A DNA stretch of 64,000 nucleotides, taken from an uncultured delta proteobacterium. Its GTDB lineage: Bacteria; Desulfobacterota; Binatia; Binatales; Binataceae. This document shows positions 10,143-19,524 of this stretch, one piece after another. The notes beneath the pieces are model-generated. The model was not told where the DNA came from. It searched no databases and was given only the letters and a program-made list of their open reading frames with translations. The DNA lies in assembly GCA_963724765.1 (NCBI GenBank), contig CAVRVY010000001.1:448001-512000 (forward strand). Reading direction: 5' to 3'. Every line of letters begins with the position of its first letter. Within the stretch, counting starts at the first letter, position 1. A program made the position numbers and the translations under genes.

Positions 10143-10324
10143 GCGATCGCGGTAGTTCCAGTTACGCGGGATGTGGCGGTTCTGGTCACGAGCCGGCGCG
10201 CCGGCGTCTTTGCCCCCGCCAGCCCCTTTCTTTTTCATGAACATGCGGTAAGGGCTAGACCCTCGTACCACAGCGCAGACGTGGGCTATGCGTACCCAAA
10301 TCGGAGGGTCGGAAATTCCAGTTC
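10138..10324 (+). repeat. Degenerate copy of the tRNA-Lys upstream region, with a possible tRNA relic
   Basis: CTTAG..ATCGCGG(T/C)AGTTCCAGTTA(C/T)GCG and CGCCGGCGTCTTTGC match 11536-11594. AATCGGAGGGTC at 10299 resembles tRNA AATCAGAGGGTC. Confidence 0.55.
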
Positions 10325-10603
10325 TCACTCGATAAGGAGGAAGCAGATCGTGTCAAGGACTCTATCTATCGCTTCGATTCTTATACTGACACTGGTAATA
10401 CTTGGAAAATCGGAGACTTCCGTTCGAGCCGCTGTTGCGCCATCCTCTGCGAACGATGTTGTCTCGCGCCTTGTTCGACACGGTCTCCTTGCCCACACTT
10501 CCCACGTCCCTGGGCATGCCTTCCGCGCCCGGGCATCGGCTCTGTGTCAGGCGCTGCTTCGGCAGTCATCCGAACGCCGATTAGCTTTTCGTAAAACGCC
10601 GAT

Positions 10604-10909
10604 TCAGCTCTTGCAGAACTTGCCGAAAAGACTGCCGCCGTCGAGGCATCCATCGGCATCGAGGTTGAACACTTCCTGCTGCCCATTGACGATGAGGAGC
10701 ACCTGCTTGCCGTCGATCTTGTAACTGCCTCGCACCGTCTGCTCCATCATGTAGAGGTTGACTGCGTCGCCCGACAAAAATTCGAGCTTCTGCATGACCA
10801 GGCCGTTGCCCATCCCGCCGCCTTTCGGGAGATAGGTTCCGCTGAGGCTGTTGTGACTACAACCGGATGCGAAAAGACACAGCAGCGCGGCAAATATGAT
10901 CGATTTCAT
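10604..10909 (-). CDS. Small lipoprotein, unknown function
   Basis: Signal peptide with lipobox-like ASGC; AGGGGA RBS. Confidence 0.7.
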   Translation of the reverse strand: MKSIIFAALLCLFASGCSHNSLSGTYLPKGGGMGNGLVMQKLEFLSGDAVNLYMMEQTVRGSYKIDGKQVLLIVNGQQEVFNLDADGCLDGGSLFGKFCKS

Positions 10910-11100
10910 GGATATCCCCTTGACTTCGGCGGCTGATGCCGCAACCTTTGGTCAAATCGCGCAGTCATAGAAGCGTAGCGCCCGAGTTCATGTCAAGCGC
11001 ACTAATCCGCTTCGAGTCAAATTTGCTTGCCGCCCGTTCTTGCCTTGGCCGTTAGTCATGCGCTAGTTGTGCGATCCCAACGGCGTATGGAGAGAGCCTC

Positions 11101-11427
11101 ATGATTTATGAGTTACGCGTATATCATTGCGTTCCCGGCCGGCTTCCGGCCTTAATCAAGCGTTTCGAATCCGTCACCATGCGGCTGTTCGAGAAGCATG
11201 GCTTCCACCAGACGGGCTTCTGGACGGTCGCGATCGGAGAATCGAACCAGGATTTGATCTATATACTGCAATGGGAATCGCTCGCGGATCGCGAAAAGAG
11301 GTTCGCGGCCTTTCAGGCTGACCCTGAATGGATCGAGGCGCGCCGCAAGAGTGAAGAGGACGGTCCGCTGGTCGCGTCGATCAGCAACACCATCATGACG
11401 CCGACCGCATTCTCGGCGGCGCGATGA
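11101..11427 (+). CDS. NIPSNAP family protein
   Basis: MIYELRVY..PGR, GFW, F.ADPEW and PT.FS pattern. Confidence 0.9.
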   Translation: MIYELRVYHCVPGRLPALIKRFESVTMRLFEKHGFHQTGFWTVAIGESNQDLIYILQWESLADREKRFAAFQADPEWIEARRKSEEDGPLVASISNTIMTPTAFSAAR

Positions 11428-11577
11428 GGCCCTCGAGCCGAAATTGGACGCCCAGCCGCTGTACCCCGCGTTGGTGAGTACGACCAGCACTCCGCTTCAT
11501 CGGCGCGCCAGTTTTTTTATGACAAGAGAAACGGGCTTAGCGAATCGCGGCAGTTCCAGTTATGCGCCGCCGGCGTC

Positions 11578-11606
11578 TTTGCGCCCGATGCCAGTTCGCG
11601 TAGACT
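11578..11606 (+). promoter_or_regulatory. Putative sigma70 promoter of tRNA-Lys
   Basis: TTTGCG-N17-TAGACT, 11 nt before the tRNA. Confidence 0.45.
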
Positions 11607-11617
11607 CCTGTGCGCAC

Positions 11618-11694
11618 GAGCCGTTAGCTCAGGCCGGTAGAGCATCTGACTTTTAATCAGAGGGTCCCGGGTTCGAGTCCCGGACGGCTCACCA
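11618..11694 (+). tRNA. tRNA-Lys (anticodon TTT)
   Basis: Acceptor GAGCCGT/ACGGCTC, anticodon arm TCTGA-CTTTTAA-TCAGA, T arm CCGGG-TTCGAGT-CCCGG, encoded CCA. Confidence 0.97.
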
Positions 11695-11707
11695 CCTAAC
11701 CCTAAGA

Positions 11708-11782
11708 AATCAAAGAGTTTTTCGAGCGTACTGGGCCGAGTCGGCAAACGCCTGCAAGCTGTTAGGGCACAATTAGGGCACA
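11708..11782 (+). promoter_or_regulatory. att-arm-like region: IHF-like site plus tandem integrase arm-type repeats
   Basis: AATCAAAGAGTTT (near WATCAANNNNTTR) at 11708; TTAGGGCACA at 11762-11771 and 11773-11782. Confidence 0.55.
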
Positions 11783-11796
11783 GCTGACCGCCGGAA

Positions 11797-11848
11797 ACGA
11801 CTGGAGCGGCTTGGATGGTTTGATCGAAGTTTAGGTATGGTTTGATCT
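11797..11848 (+). repeat. TSD plus element end with two tandem putative transposase-binding sites (R-like end)
   Basis: ACGAC|TGGAGCGGCTT GGATGGTTTGATC; ATGGTTTGATC at 11815 and 11837 (22-bp period). Confidence 0.85.
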
Positions 11849-11949
11849 GCCGCTTAAGGGGCGAAAACGGCCTCATTATGACCCTTGGAAACGACCCTCA
11901 AGGCCGCCAGCAGGAGGTCGCGAACTATAAGTGCAGCTTATCGAGTAAC

Positions 11950-12804
11950 TCATTGCGCCTTCAACTCATCAAGACGAGTCGGATTTTTCGCGGCCGCCGG
12001 CGCGATCCGCTCGACGGCGCGCGCGATCTCCGGCGCGGCGCTAGCCAGCTTCTCGGCCAAGGACTGTTCGGCCGCGTACTTGATGCCCGCGATACCTGGG
12101 TTATTCGCGAAGCCCGGATCGATGCCGACAGGGATTTCCGAAACAGCGCCAGTGCGCGGATTCTCATAGCTATAGGTTGGCGACGCCGGCGCGGCCGCGC
12201 GGAGCTGGTAGCCGTCGCGGTCGAGGTCCTTCTCGCCCAGCGAATCCGCATAGCACTTGCAATTCCATCCGTTCGGCGGATAGTGCGTGTCCCACCAGGG
12301 ATCGTTGGCGCGCAATACCGTGCCGCTCCAGTCCAGATGCTCCGGGCGCGGATGCGGGTCGGGATCGACATAACGCAGGTACGGCAGGATCTGTTTCGTG
12401 CGCTGCACCTGCGCCCATGAGCCGGCCGAGAGCGACGTGCGCAGATTGGTATCGTAGATCGTCTGCAGCCGGCGCACCGAACCGAGCTGGACCTCGCGCA
12501 CCTTGCCGGTGAGCGGGTCTTTCATCATCTGCCGTCCCCACCATCCCTTCGCGCGCAGAACGGGCTCGAGCGCATCGCGGAACTCCTCGAACGGGATACC
12601 CTCGGCGATCGCTTTGTCGACGGCGCCGCGGATGTCCTCGAGCAGGTCGACTGTCATCGCCTTTGCGACAGTGAAAGCGCGCGCGTGCTCGTCCTGCCAC
12701 ACGTCGCGCCAATCGAATCCGATCTTGAAGCCCTTGCGGCGGAAGAACTCGATCGCGTCTTCCGGCGGCAGCGCCGCGAACTCGAAGTCTCCGGCCGACG
12801 TCAT
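11950..12804 (-). CDS. Phage head morphogenesis protein (Mu gpF/gp30, SPP1 gp7 family)
   Basis: EAIEFFRRK..FDW, AFTVAK, RLQTIYDTN, RPEH and WWDTHYPPNGWNCKC patterns. Confidence 0.92.
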   Translation of the reverse strand: MTSAGDFEFAALPPEDAIEFFRRKGFKIGFDWRDVWQDEHARAFTVAKAMTVDLLEDIRGAVDKAIAEGIPFEEFRDALEPVLRAKGWWGRQMMKDPLTGKVREVQLGSVRRLQTIYDTNLRTSLSAGSWAQVQRTKQILPYLRYVDPDPHPRPEHLDWSGTVLRANDPWWDTHYPPNGWNCKCYADSLGEKDLDRDGYQLRAAAPASPTYSYENPRTGAVSEIPVGIDPGFANNPGIAGIKYAAEQSLAEKLASAAPEIARAVERIAPAAAKNPTRLDELKAQ

Positions 12805-13196
12805 GCGAGCACCTTCGCCGGGTCGATCGGAATCAGTAGGCAAATGTAATCGGGGTCGCCGACTAACCCGGCTCGGCTCGGATGAGGATCGTGAACGAGT
12901 CGCCCCTTGCGATAGACGACCGAGTGCTTCACCCCGCGCGGGCTATCGCCATGCGCCAGGTATAGGCAGTCGGGTTCGAGCACGAGCGATTCGCGCTGAA
13001 TCTCCAGCACCACGAATCCGCGACCGCGCAGGTATCGATAGAACATGCCCCAGAAACCGATTTCTTCGGGCGCCTCCTGGAAGTTTGGGACATCCTCGAG
13101 CTCAAGCTCTAGAATGCTGGCGACAGTCGCTTGCAGGCAGTTCCCTCTCGTGCCGGCGTCCTTGTCGTAGAAGCGATTCTGATCGACCGGCTTCAC
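12801..13196 (-). CDS. Phage hypothetical protein with C39-peptidase-like motifs
   Basis: GTG start after GGAGGAGG; Q..GNC.QA.VAS, HSVV and HDP; coupled to both neighbours. Confidence 0.7.
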   Translation of the reverse strand: MKPVDQNRFYDKDAGTRGNCLQATVASILELELEDVPNFQEAPEEIGFWGMFYRYLRGRGFVVLEIQRESLVLEPDCLYLAHGDSPRGVKHSVVYRKGRLVHDPHPSRAGLVGDPDYICLLIPIDPAKVLA

Positions 13197-14130
13197 TTCC
13201 TCCTCCGCTTGGCGATCGTCTTTCCCGGCACGCCGACCTGGCCGGCCACGTTGGCGTTGAAACACGCGTGCGCGAGCAGGTCCACCATTTTCGACAAGTT
13301 CATCTCCGGGACCGCCGCGACCGCTATCTCGAGCAGCTCCGGGTAGCTCGTCGCCGCGCGCATCTTCGTGAGCCACGGCCAGATGATCGGCGCCATCGCC
13401 TCATCCGAGTACTCGTCGCGCAGCTTCTCGACGAAGCGGTCGATCGCGTCCTGTCCCTTGCGCGCCGGCCGTGCTGCGTGGGCCGAGCGATTCGAGGCGT
13501 CATTCAAATCTCCGTCGACGTCGGTGAACGCACCGGCAAGACCCGGAGCGCCGATCGCCGTCGACGGCTCGGGACTTGGCGCCGGGGCTGGCGGCTTGGG
13601 TGCGTCGGTGCCCGCGATCTTCTCCACTGGATGCAGCATCGGCCGTGTATCGTCCGGGTCGGGTAACCCGAACTTATCCAGGATGGTCTTTTCGTTGACG
13701 CGCATCCCGCGATCGATGAACGTCTGCACCGACTCGGAGAAAAGTTTCAGGTCTTCCTTTTCAGGGTAGCCCAGCACGATCCGCGGATAGCGGCGCTTCG
13801 GTCCGATATTCAGATCGACAATCGGTTTTATCAGGTCGCGATTGAGCGCACCGCTCAGGCGGCGCGCATCGTCCTGGCTGAGGTCGCGGCGCACCGCATC
13901 ATGTACTTCGGCCGCCGCGCGCGAGCCGCTGCCGCGCGGAAGCTGCGTAGTCAGCGTCTGTCCCAGCACGCCGATACTCAGTTGCTTGTCGACGTACTCG
14001 CAGAATTGCTCGTACAGCTTCTCGCTCGCCGTGGTCTGCTTGTTCTCGATGAACTCGATCATCATCGAGTCCGGAATGATACACGCGGCGTCCGTGCCGA
14101 TATTGGTTACCGCGCGCAGCAGCGAGGACC
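13193..14130 (-). pseudogene. 5'-truncated Mu gp29-like portal protein (DUF935)
   Basis: LLRAVTNIGTDAACIIP..IEF, VLGQTLT and GSRAAAEVHDAVRRD motifs. Similarity stops near 14130 and the N-terminal part is absent. Confidence 0.85.
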
Positions 14131-14161
14131 TGCGCTGGGGTCGCATCGGATAATTGGGGTT

Positions 14162-14377
14162 ATGGCTACTCAGACCCAAAGGAACTGGACCGCGCATATC
14201 GTGGTTAGTTCCGAGCACGCTGGTCTGCGGCCGCATTTCAAGCGGCTTGAGGCCGAGCTGCTTCACGCGCTCGCGCGCATCGATGATCCTCGGATGGTCG
14301 CGAAATATCTAGACTCGCTTGTGACCACCAGCCGCGTATGGGTGAAAGCGCGCGAGGTCTACGCTTCGCGAAGGTGA
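14162..14377 (+). CDS. Phage hypothetical protein
   Basis: 71-aa ORF (MATQTQ...) heading a tightly packed + strand run. Confidence 0.5.
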   Translation: MATQTQRNWTAHIVVSSEHAGLRPHFKRLEAELLHALARIDDPRMVAKYLDSLVTTSRVWVKAREVYASRR

Positions 14378-14381
14378 GGTG

Positions 14382-14465
14382 ATGGAGCTGCCGGTCTTGA
14401 TCGCTATTGGTCTGGCGCTTGGCACTGTCGCGTTCTACATCGATCAGTATCTGCGCAAGAAGTGA
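14382..14465 (+). CDS. Small single-TM peptide (27 aa)
   Basis: GAGGT RBS; MELPVLIAIGLALGTVAFYIDQYLRKK; fills the gap between neighbours. Confidence 0.45.
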   Translation: MELPVLIAIGLALGTVAFYIDQYLRKK

Positions 14466-14469
14466 GTTT

Positions 14470-14637
14470 ATGGAAGCGAGCTACGCAGCGGCCGAAATCT
14501 GGCGCCTCCATCGCGAGGGCCAGGACGTGGTGATCGAGGTGCACTCGCGCGAGCTCGACCGCTGGATCGAGCTCAAGCTGACCCGCGCCCAGGCGCTCAC
14601 CTTCGTGGTGGAGTTCGCGCGGGTCACTCGCGACTAA
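14470..14637 (+). CDS. Phage hypothetical protein
   Basis: 55-aa ORF, packed in operon. Confidence 0.5.
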   Translation: MEASYAAAEIWRLHREGQDVVIEVHSRELDRWIELKLTRAQALTFVVEFARVTRD

Positions 14638-14819
14638 AGGAAATTCGGTCGCCATGCAATCCCCGAAATATATTCCAGTGTTCACGATTCGATTGCCGCT
14701 GGCGGGCCAGAGCCTGGCCTTCATGGGCGACGCGCAGATCGGAGTCGATGGCCGCGTGCCGCGCGAGCTCATGATTAAGATGCTCGAGCACGCGGTGTCG
14801 GTGCTCAAGGGCAGAACTG

Positions 14820-15053
14820 ATGCTCGGTGCAGTCGACAAAGGATGCATCGTCTGCGGCGTGCGCGCGATGGTGCTCTGCCCCTCCTGCGAATCCGACTAT
14901 CAGAAATATCTCGCCGGCCGGAAACCGCGCGAAGGCACGCGCGCCGGCATGAGCAGCCAGCCGGTGAAATCTGGGCATCCCGCCAAGCCCTGGTCGCGCT
15001 TTCAATGGGCCGCTTTTCAGCGCACCCGCCGCGAACGAGGAGGCCGCAACTGA
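14820..15053 (+). CDS. Small phage Zn-finger-like protein
   Basis: CIVC...CPSC. Overlaps ORF 14654-15070, whose 5' part may also be coding. Confidence 0.45.
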   Translation: MLGAVDKGCIVCGVRAMVLCPSCESDYQKYLAGRKPREGTRAGMSSQPVKSGHPAKPWSRFQWAAFQRTRRERGGRN

Positions 15054-15054
15054 G

Positions 15055-15453
15055 ATGGCTGCGAGACTAATCGGCTTACGGGAGCGCCTGAAGAAATCCC
15101 TTGAAGGTCATCGCGTGGACCAAATTGCTGAAGAGCTGAAGCTTACTCCTTCAGCCGTATACGGTTGGCTGGAGGGGATGCGTGAGCCACGCTTGGAAGC
15201 ATTGAGCCGATTCGCGCTGGCTACTGGAGTTACCTTTGGATGGCTGGTGACCGGTGAGCGCCCGATGACTGGCTCAATTCCAATTCCAATGCTGCTCTGG
15301 TGCCCGCAGTGCCACGAACGCCATATCGACGCCGGCGAATTTGCGCACAAGTCCCATCACACACATGCCTGTCAATTCTGCGGCCACGTCTGGCGACCAG
15401 CGCTCGTTGAAACCGTTGGCGTTCAGTTTTTGCCGGGGTTCAAAGACGAATGA
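15055..15453 (+). CDS. XRE-type HTH protein fused to Zn-ribbon domain
   Basis: IAEELKLTPSAVYGWLEG.REP...WLVTG followed by CPQC..HID..HACQFCGHVW. Confidence 0.75.
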   Translation: MAARLIGLRERLKKSLEGHRVDQIAEELKLTPSAVYGWLEGMREPRLEALSRFALATGVTFGWLVTGERPMTGSIPIPMLLWCPQCHERHIDAGEFAHKSHHTHACQFCGHVWRPALVETVGVQFLPGFKDE

Positions 15454-15540
15454 CAGCGAAACTCCAGATCGCATCCGACCTCGCGCTGGAGAGGCAAAAT
15501 GAACTGGCACAACAGTACTTTAGGCACATTCGGCGGAAAT

Positions 15541-16008
15541 ATGAACGCCAATAGCCAAATCGATTCGGCGATCGCGCGGCGCGAGCGGATCAAAGCGATC
15601 CACGTGCTGAAAAAGCAGCTCGGACTCGACGATGAGACCTATCGCCTGATGCTGCGCAAGATAACCGGCAAGGATTCGTCCGCTGCAATGAACTCCGGAG
15701 AGCATCGCGGCGTGCTCGACGAGATGCGCCGGCTGCTGAACGGCCATGCGTGGCCGTCCGCCCGCGTGCGGCCGCCCGGCGACGCTGCGGCGACGCCTGG
15801 CGCGGGGCAGCTCGCCAAGATTCGCGCGCTCTGGGCCGATCTGCGCGAGGCCGGCGCGCTGAAAGACGGCTCGGACCGAGGGCTCAGGCAATTCGTGCGC
15901 CGGGTCACCGGCCGCGACGCGATCGAATGGCTTTCGGCGGCCGACGCCAACAAGGTGATCGAAGGGCTCAAGTCGTGGCTGGCGCGGACTCGCGCGCCGG
16001 CCGCGTGA
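15541..16008 (+). CDS. gemA: Mu GemA/gp16-like protein (DUF1018)
   Basis: IHV.KKQLGLDDETYR.ML..TGKDS, KIRALW and KVIEGLK.W patterns. Confidence 0.88.
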   Translation: MNANSQIDSAIARRERIKAIHVLKKQLGLDDETYRLMLRKITGKDSSAAMNSGEHRGVLDEMRRLLNGHAWPSARVRPPGDAAATPGAGQLAKIRALWADLREAGALKDGSDRGLRQFVRRVTGRDAIEWLSAADANKVIEGLKSWLARTRAPAA

Positions 16009-16059
16009 ATCGATACGCGGCGGATGTGGACGTGGCAAGGGGCGGGGGGAAAACCGTGG

Positions 16060-16392
16060 ATGTCGACATTCGACAGGCTGGTTGACGCGATCGGCCGCGC
16101 GGCGGCCGAAAAACTGGTCGAAGAATTTGGCGGACGGAGGATTTACGTGCCGGTGACGGCGGCGCCTGAATCGCCGATCGCGATGGCTATCGGAATTGCC
16201 GCGGCGCGTACTCTTTCGCGCATCTTTGGCAGCGAAAGACTCGACGTGCCGGCGAGAATGGGAGCCCTTCGCGAGCGTATCCTGCGCCTGCGCGACAACG
16301 GCAACGATGTTGATACTATTGCACGCGCCCTGCGATGTACCCGCCAGCGCGTTTACCAAATTCTGGGGAAAAATTTTACCCGTACAGAATAG
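16060..16392 (+). CDS. Mor/C-family phage transcription activator
   Basis: IG..AA.KLV.EFGG.RIYVP, a repeated unit, and C-terminal HTH (IARAL.CT.Q.VYQIL). Confidence 0.85.
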   Translation: MSTFDRLVDAIGRAAAEKLVEEFGGRRIYVPVTAAPESPIAMAIGIAAARTLSRIFGSERLDVPARMGALRERILRLRDNGNDVDTIARALRCTRQRVYQILGKNFTRTE

Positions 16393-16417
16393 GCGCTGCG
16401 ACGGCTACGCTGCCATC

Positions 16418-16936
16418 GTGGCTGTAATCTATCCAATTGGCTTTCAACGCGCTGTCGAGCGCGTGCTGCAGGACGAAGGAGGCTATTCATGCGTTCCTGG
16501 TGACCCGGGCGGCGAGACCAATTTCGGTATATCGAAACGGGCATATCCGAATCTCGATATCGCCAAGCTGACGCGGGACGAGACGATCGCGATCTACTGG
16601 CGCGACTGGTGGCATCGGTACGGCTTCGACCGCATCCAGAACGAAGCGATCGGCGCAAAGCTGTTCGACCTGGCGGTGGATATCGGTGCCGACCATGCGA
16701 TCAAATGTCTCCAGCGCGCGCTGCGCGCGTATGGCGTAGACGGGATCGTCGAGGATGGCATCCTCGGAACTGTGACGTTCAGCAAGACCAATAGCTGCAC
16801 AAATTGGATGGCCCTGCTGGTCGGCCTCAGATGCGAGGCGGCCGGCTATTACCGCACGCTCGCGCTCGAGCGCGGCCGGCGCAAGGATGGCGATCACGAA
16901 TTTCTCGAGGGATGGCTCAACCGGGCCTATGAGTAG
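16418..16936 (+). CDS. Endolysin, glycoside hydrolase family 108
   Basis: EGGY...DPGGETNFGI, LQRAL, DGILG and GWLNR. Start approximate. Confidence 0.9.
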   Translation: MAVIYPIGFQRAVERVLQDEGGYSCVPGDPGGETNFGISKRAYPNLDIAKLTRDETIAIYWRDWWHRYGFDRIQNEAIGAKLFDLAVDIGADHAIKCLQRALRAYGVDGIVEDGILGTVTFSKTNSCTNWMALLVGLRCEAAGYYRTLALERGRRKDGDHEFLEGWLNRAYE

Positions 16937-17237
16937 CGCCGCCATCCTCATCGTATTGCTCCTGCTGCTGCCATTGGCGGGATGCGCCGGAGTGCAGAAG
17001 AGAGACGCCGAGTATGCTTCGTGTCCCACGGGCAAAATCTGCGCATACGATATCCGAACCGGGAAGCATTGGTTTCAACGCGTCTTCAGCCAGCCGCATC
17101 GCGTGCTCGTGTATCGCGACGATAAGGGCGTTCTTCATCCGCCGATCGTTGAGGAGAGCCAGGGCGACATGCTGGAGGAAATGTCCGGACCGCTCAGCGG
17201 AATCGCCAGCCACGTCACGATTCCGGTCATACCGTAG
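16929..17237 (+). CDS. Phage lipoprotein in lysis cassette
   Basis: Signal peptide plus LAGC lipobox; overlaps the lysin stop. Confidence 0.65.
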   Translation: MSSAAILIVLLLLLPLAGCAGVQKRDAEYASCPTGKICAYDIRTGKHWFQRVFSQPHRVLVYRDDKGVLHPPIVEESQGDMLEEMSGPLSGIASHVTIPVIP

Positions 17238-17246
17238 GAAAAGCAA

Positions 17247-17549
17247 ATGGGCCCACTGAGTATCGATTGGCTATATCACCTGCTCGTGCCGCTGGCGATC
17301 GGATTCATCGCCGCCGTCTTCAACTGTATCGCGAAGAAACACGGCTTCTCGATGGATTGCGTATATGAGGGTGTCGGCTTCATGGGCGGCACGATGGGAC
17401 TTTGGTTGACGGCGCTGTTTCACACGCCGCCGGGCAAGGTGATGGTGCCGGCGGGCTCGGATGCGGCGGCGCAGGCGGCCAGGGATGCGCAGAGCGCGGC
17501 AAAAAAGGCGGCGGATGCGGGATCGAAGAATAGCGGCCTTAATTTTTAG
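17247..17549 (+). CDS. Membrane protein, putative holin or i-spanin
   Basis: Two hydrophobic segments and an Ala-rich tail; lies in the lysis region. Confidence 0.55.
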   Translation: MGPLSIDWLYHLLVPLAIGFIAAVFNCIAKKHGFSMDCVYEGVGFMGGTMGLWLTALFHTPPGKVMVPAGSDAAAQAARDAQSAAKKAADAGSKNSGLNF

Positions 17550-17850
17550 CGCGCTATGCGCCGGATGCTCGCCGTCGCTGGTCTCGCTCAAGGGGACGAT
17601 GCCGCAGCTCGCGCCGCCGGCGCAGCCGTGCGGCGAGTTCGCGTTCCCGGAGCCGGACGCGATGCCCAAGGTTCCGGTCATTCATGCCGTGCGATGCCCT
17701 GGCTATGCCGCATGTTTCGACGCGGCGAACGCCGCCATGTTGCATCGCAAGATCGGCGCGCTTATGGCCGACGACGTCTATATACGCAGTTTGTATGCGA
17801 ACGAGGTTGCGGCGTACCGCAACCAGATCGATAAGGAGACCCGTCAATGA
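17515..17850 (+). CDS. Lipoprotein, putative o-spanin
   Basis: MRDRRIAALIFSALCAGC lipobox; Pro/Cys-rich; overlaps the upstream membrane gene. Confidence 0.55.
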   Translation: MRDRRIAALIFSALCAGCSPSLVSLKGTMPQLAPPAQPCGEFAFPEPDAMPKVPVIHAVRCPGYAACFDAANAAMLHRKIGALMADDVYIRSLYANEVAAYRNQIDKETRQ

Positions 17851-18383
17851 GTTTACTTTCAGGTATCGAGTCAGTCGCAGGCGACGTGCTTTCGGGGATC
17901 GAGGCGCTGATTCCTGTGCAGATGAAATCCGATCTGGGCGGTTTCGCCAGCACCGCGATCGCCGCCATCAAGCATGACGCGGCGGGCCTCGGAGCCGACG
18001 TCGGAGCGCTCGCGAAAGAGGATTTCGCCGCGATCTGGGCTGCAATCAGGACGACCGCGAGCAACGTCGTATCCGACCCGGTGCTCGCAACAGATCTTTT
18101 CACCGGGCAGGTTTCCGCCGCGGTTGCCGAATTGGGCACCGACGCGGCCAAGTCGCTCGTCCCCGCGCTGAAGGTGGTCGGCAAGAACACGTTGACCACG
18201 CTGACGAGCATGGCGGTGACGACGGCCAAGGCGGCGGCGAGCCAGGTGGTTGCCGCGGCGGCGCCGGTTATCGCGGACGTCAATGCGGCCGCTGCGACTG
18301 CCGCTCCCGCGGCGGCAGCTCCGGCTGCAGTGGCGGCAGCACCAGCAGCGGCGCCCTCAGCCACTCCAGCGTCGACCAAGTAA
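17847..18383 (+). CDS. Ala-rich phage hypothetical protein
   Basis: AAGGAG RBS, ATGA overlap, low-complexity Ala/Pro tail. Confidence 0.65.
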   Translation: MSLLSGIESVAGDVLSGIEALIPVQMKSDLGGFASTAIAAIKHDAAGLGADVGALAKEDFAAIWAAIRTTASNVVSDPVLATDLFTGQVSAAVAELGTDAAKSLVPALKVVGKNTLTTLTSMAVTTAKAAASQVVAAAAPVIADVNAAAATAAPAAAAPAAVAAAPAAAPSATPASTK

Positions 18384-18392
18384 GCTGCCGGC

Positions 18393-18686
18393 GTGGACTG
18401 GTCGAGCATCGGCGTATTCGTCGCGGCGGCGCTGAGCTTCGCCGGGCTGAACCTCGGCGCTCTCAAGTGGCTGCTCGATCGCCATGATTCCGCGGCCAGC
18501 AAAACCGAGGATCAGATCGCCGAACTGATCAAGGGTATGTACGAGCTGAGAGCCAATCTACCGCTTGAATACGTCAGGCGCGAAGATTGGCTCCGGTTCG
18601 GCGCGACGTTGGACGCAAAAATGGATGCGATGCGCGCCGAGATGCGCGAGTGGATTGCGGAGTTGAAAAGGACCAGCAATGTCTGA
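18393..18686 (+). CDS. Mu gp25-like membrane protein
   Basis: N-terminal TM, LPLEYVRREDW; position before gp26/gp27. Confidence 0.7.
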   Translation: MDWSSIGVFVAAALSFAGLNLGALKWLLDRHDSAASKTEDQIAELIKGMYELRANLPLEYVRREDWLRFGATLDAKMDAMRAEMREWIAELKRTSNV

Positions 18687-18990
18687 CGCATTCGACCTCG
18701 AACAGAAGCAACGGGAAGCCGCGCGATGGCGCGTGCTGCGCGTGCTTGACGCAGGCCGTCCGATCGGCGTCAGCGATGCGATTATCTGGCGCGTGCTGAA
18801 CGATATCCAGATTCCCTTTTCGGTAAACCAGATCAGGCGCGAACTGACTTATCTGCGCGACCTTCGGCTGATCGAAATCGAGGAAATTGGATCTGACTGG
18901 ACCGCCAAGTTGACCGCGACCGGCGTGGACGTCGTCGAATATACAATCGCCGCGCCGCCCGGGATCGCGCGGCCGAAGAAATACTGGTAA
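18679..18990 (+). CDS. Mu gp26-like protein
   Basis: RWRVLRVL, RRELTYL, LTATGVDVVE and PGIARP patterns. Confidence 0.8.
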   Translation: MSDAFDLEQKQREAARWRVLRVLDAGRPIGVSDAIIWRVLNDIQIPFSVNQIRRELTYLRDLRLIEIEEIGSDWTAKLTATGVDVVEYTIAAPPGIARPKKYW

Positions 18991-18993
18991 GCC

Positions 18994-19524
18994 ATGCCGG
19001 CGCGCTCAAAAATCTCGCGCCTGCCGGAGGACATGCGCGGAAGGCTCAACGGGCGACTCATCGCGGGCGGATTCAGCGACTACAAGTCTCTCGCGCAGTG
19101 GCTGGCCGATGAGGGCTACGAGATCAGCCGATGCGCGGTGCAGCGCTATGGCGCGAAGCTTGAAGAGCGGCTCGAAGCGGTCAAGATCGCGACCGAACAG
19201 GCGCGCGCGATCGTCGAAGTCTCGCCCGACCGCGAAGGCGCGATGAGCGACGCGCTGATGCGCCTGGTGCAGGAGAAGTATATCGAGCTGCTCGTCGCGC
19301 TCGATACCGCCGACGTTGACGTGCTCAAGAAGATCGCGCATCCAGTGGCCAATATGGTGCGCGCGTCGGTTAATCAAAAGCGGCTGATGCAGCAGATGCG
19401 CGAGAAGCTTGCCGATCAGCTCAAGACCGCCGGCCAGAAAGTCGCCGAAGCTGCCAGCCAGGGCGGACTGTCTCCGGACGCCGAGAAAAAGATTCGCGAC
19501 GCGCTGCTGGATATTCGCGTATGA
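18994..19524 (+). CDS. Mu gp27-like terminase small subunit (DUF3486)
   Basis: SKISRLP, FSDY..LA.WL..GYEISR.AV.RYG and GLSPD patterns. Confidence 0.88.
   Translation: MPARSKISRLPEDMRGRLNGRLIAGGFSDYKSLAQWLADEGYEISRCAVQRYGAKLEERLEAVKIATEQARAIVEVSPDREGAMSDALMRLVQEKYIELLVALDTADVDVLKKIAHPVANMVRASVNQKRLMQQMREKLADQLKTAGQKVAEAASQGGLSPDAEKKIRDALLDIRV

Noticed and set aside
14131-14266. ORF-track N-terminal extension of the portal
   Set aside because: No portal-like sequence; it is antisense to the + strand ORF across the rearrangement junction.
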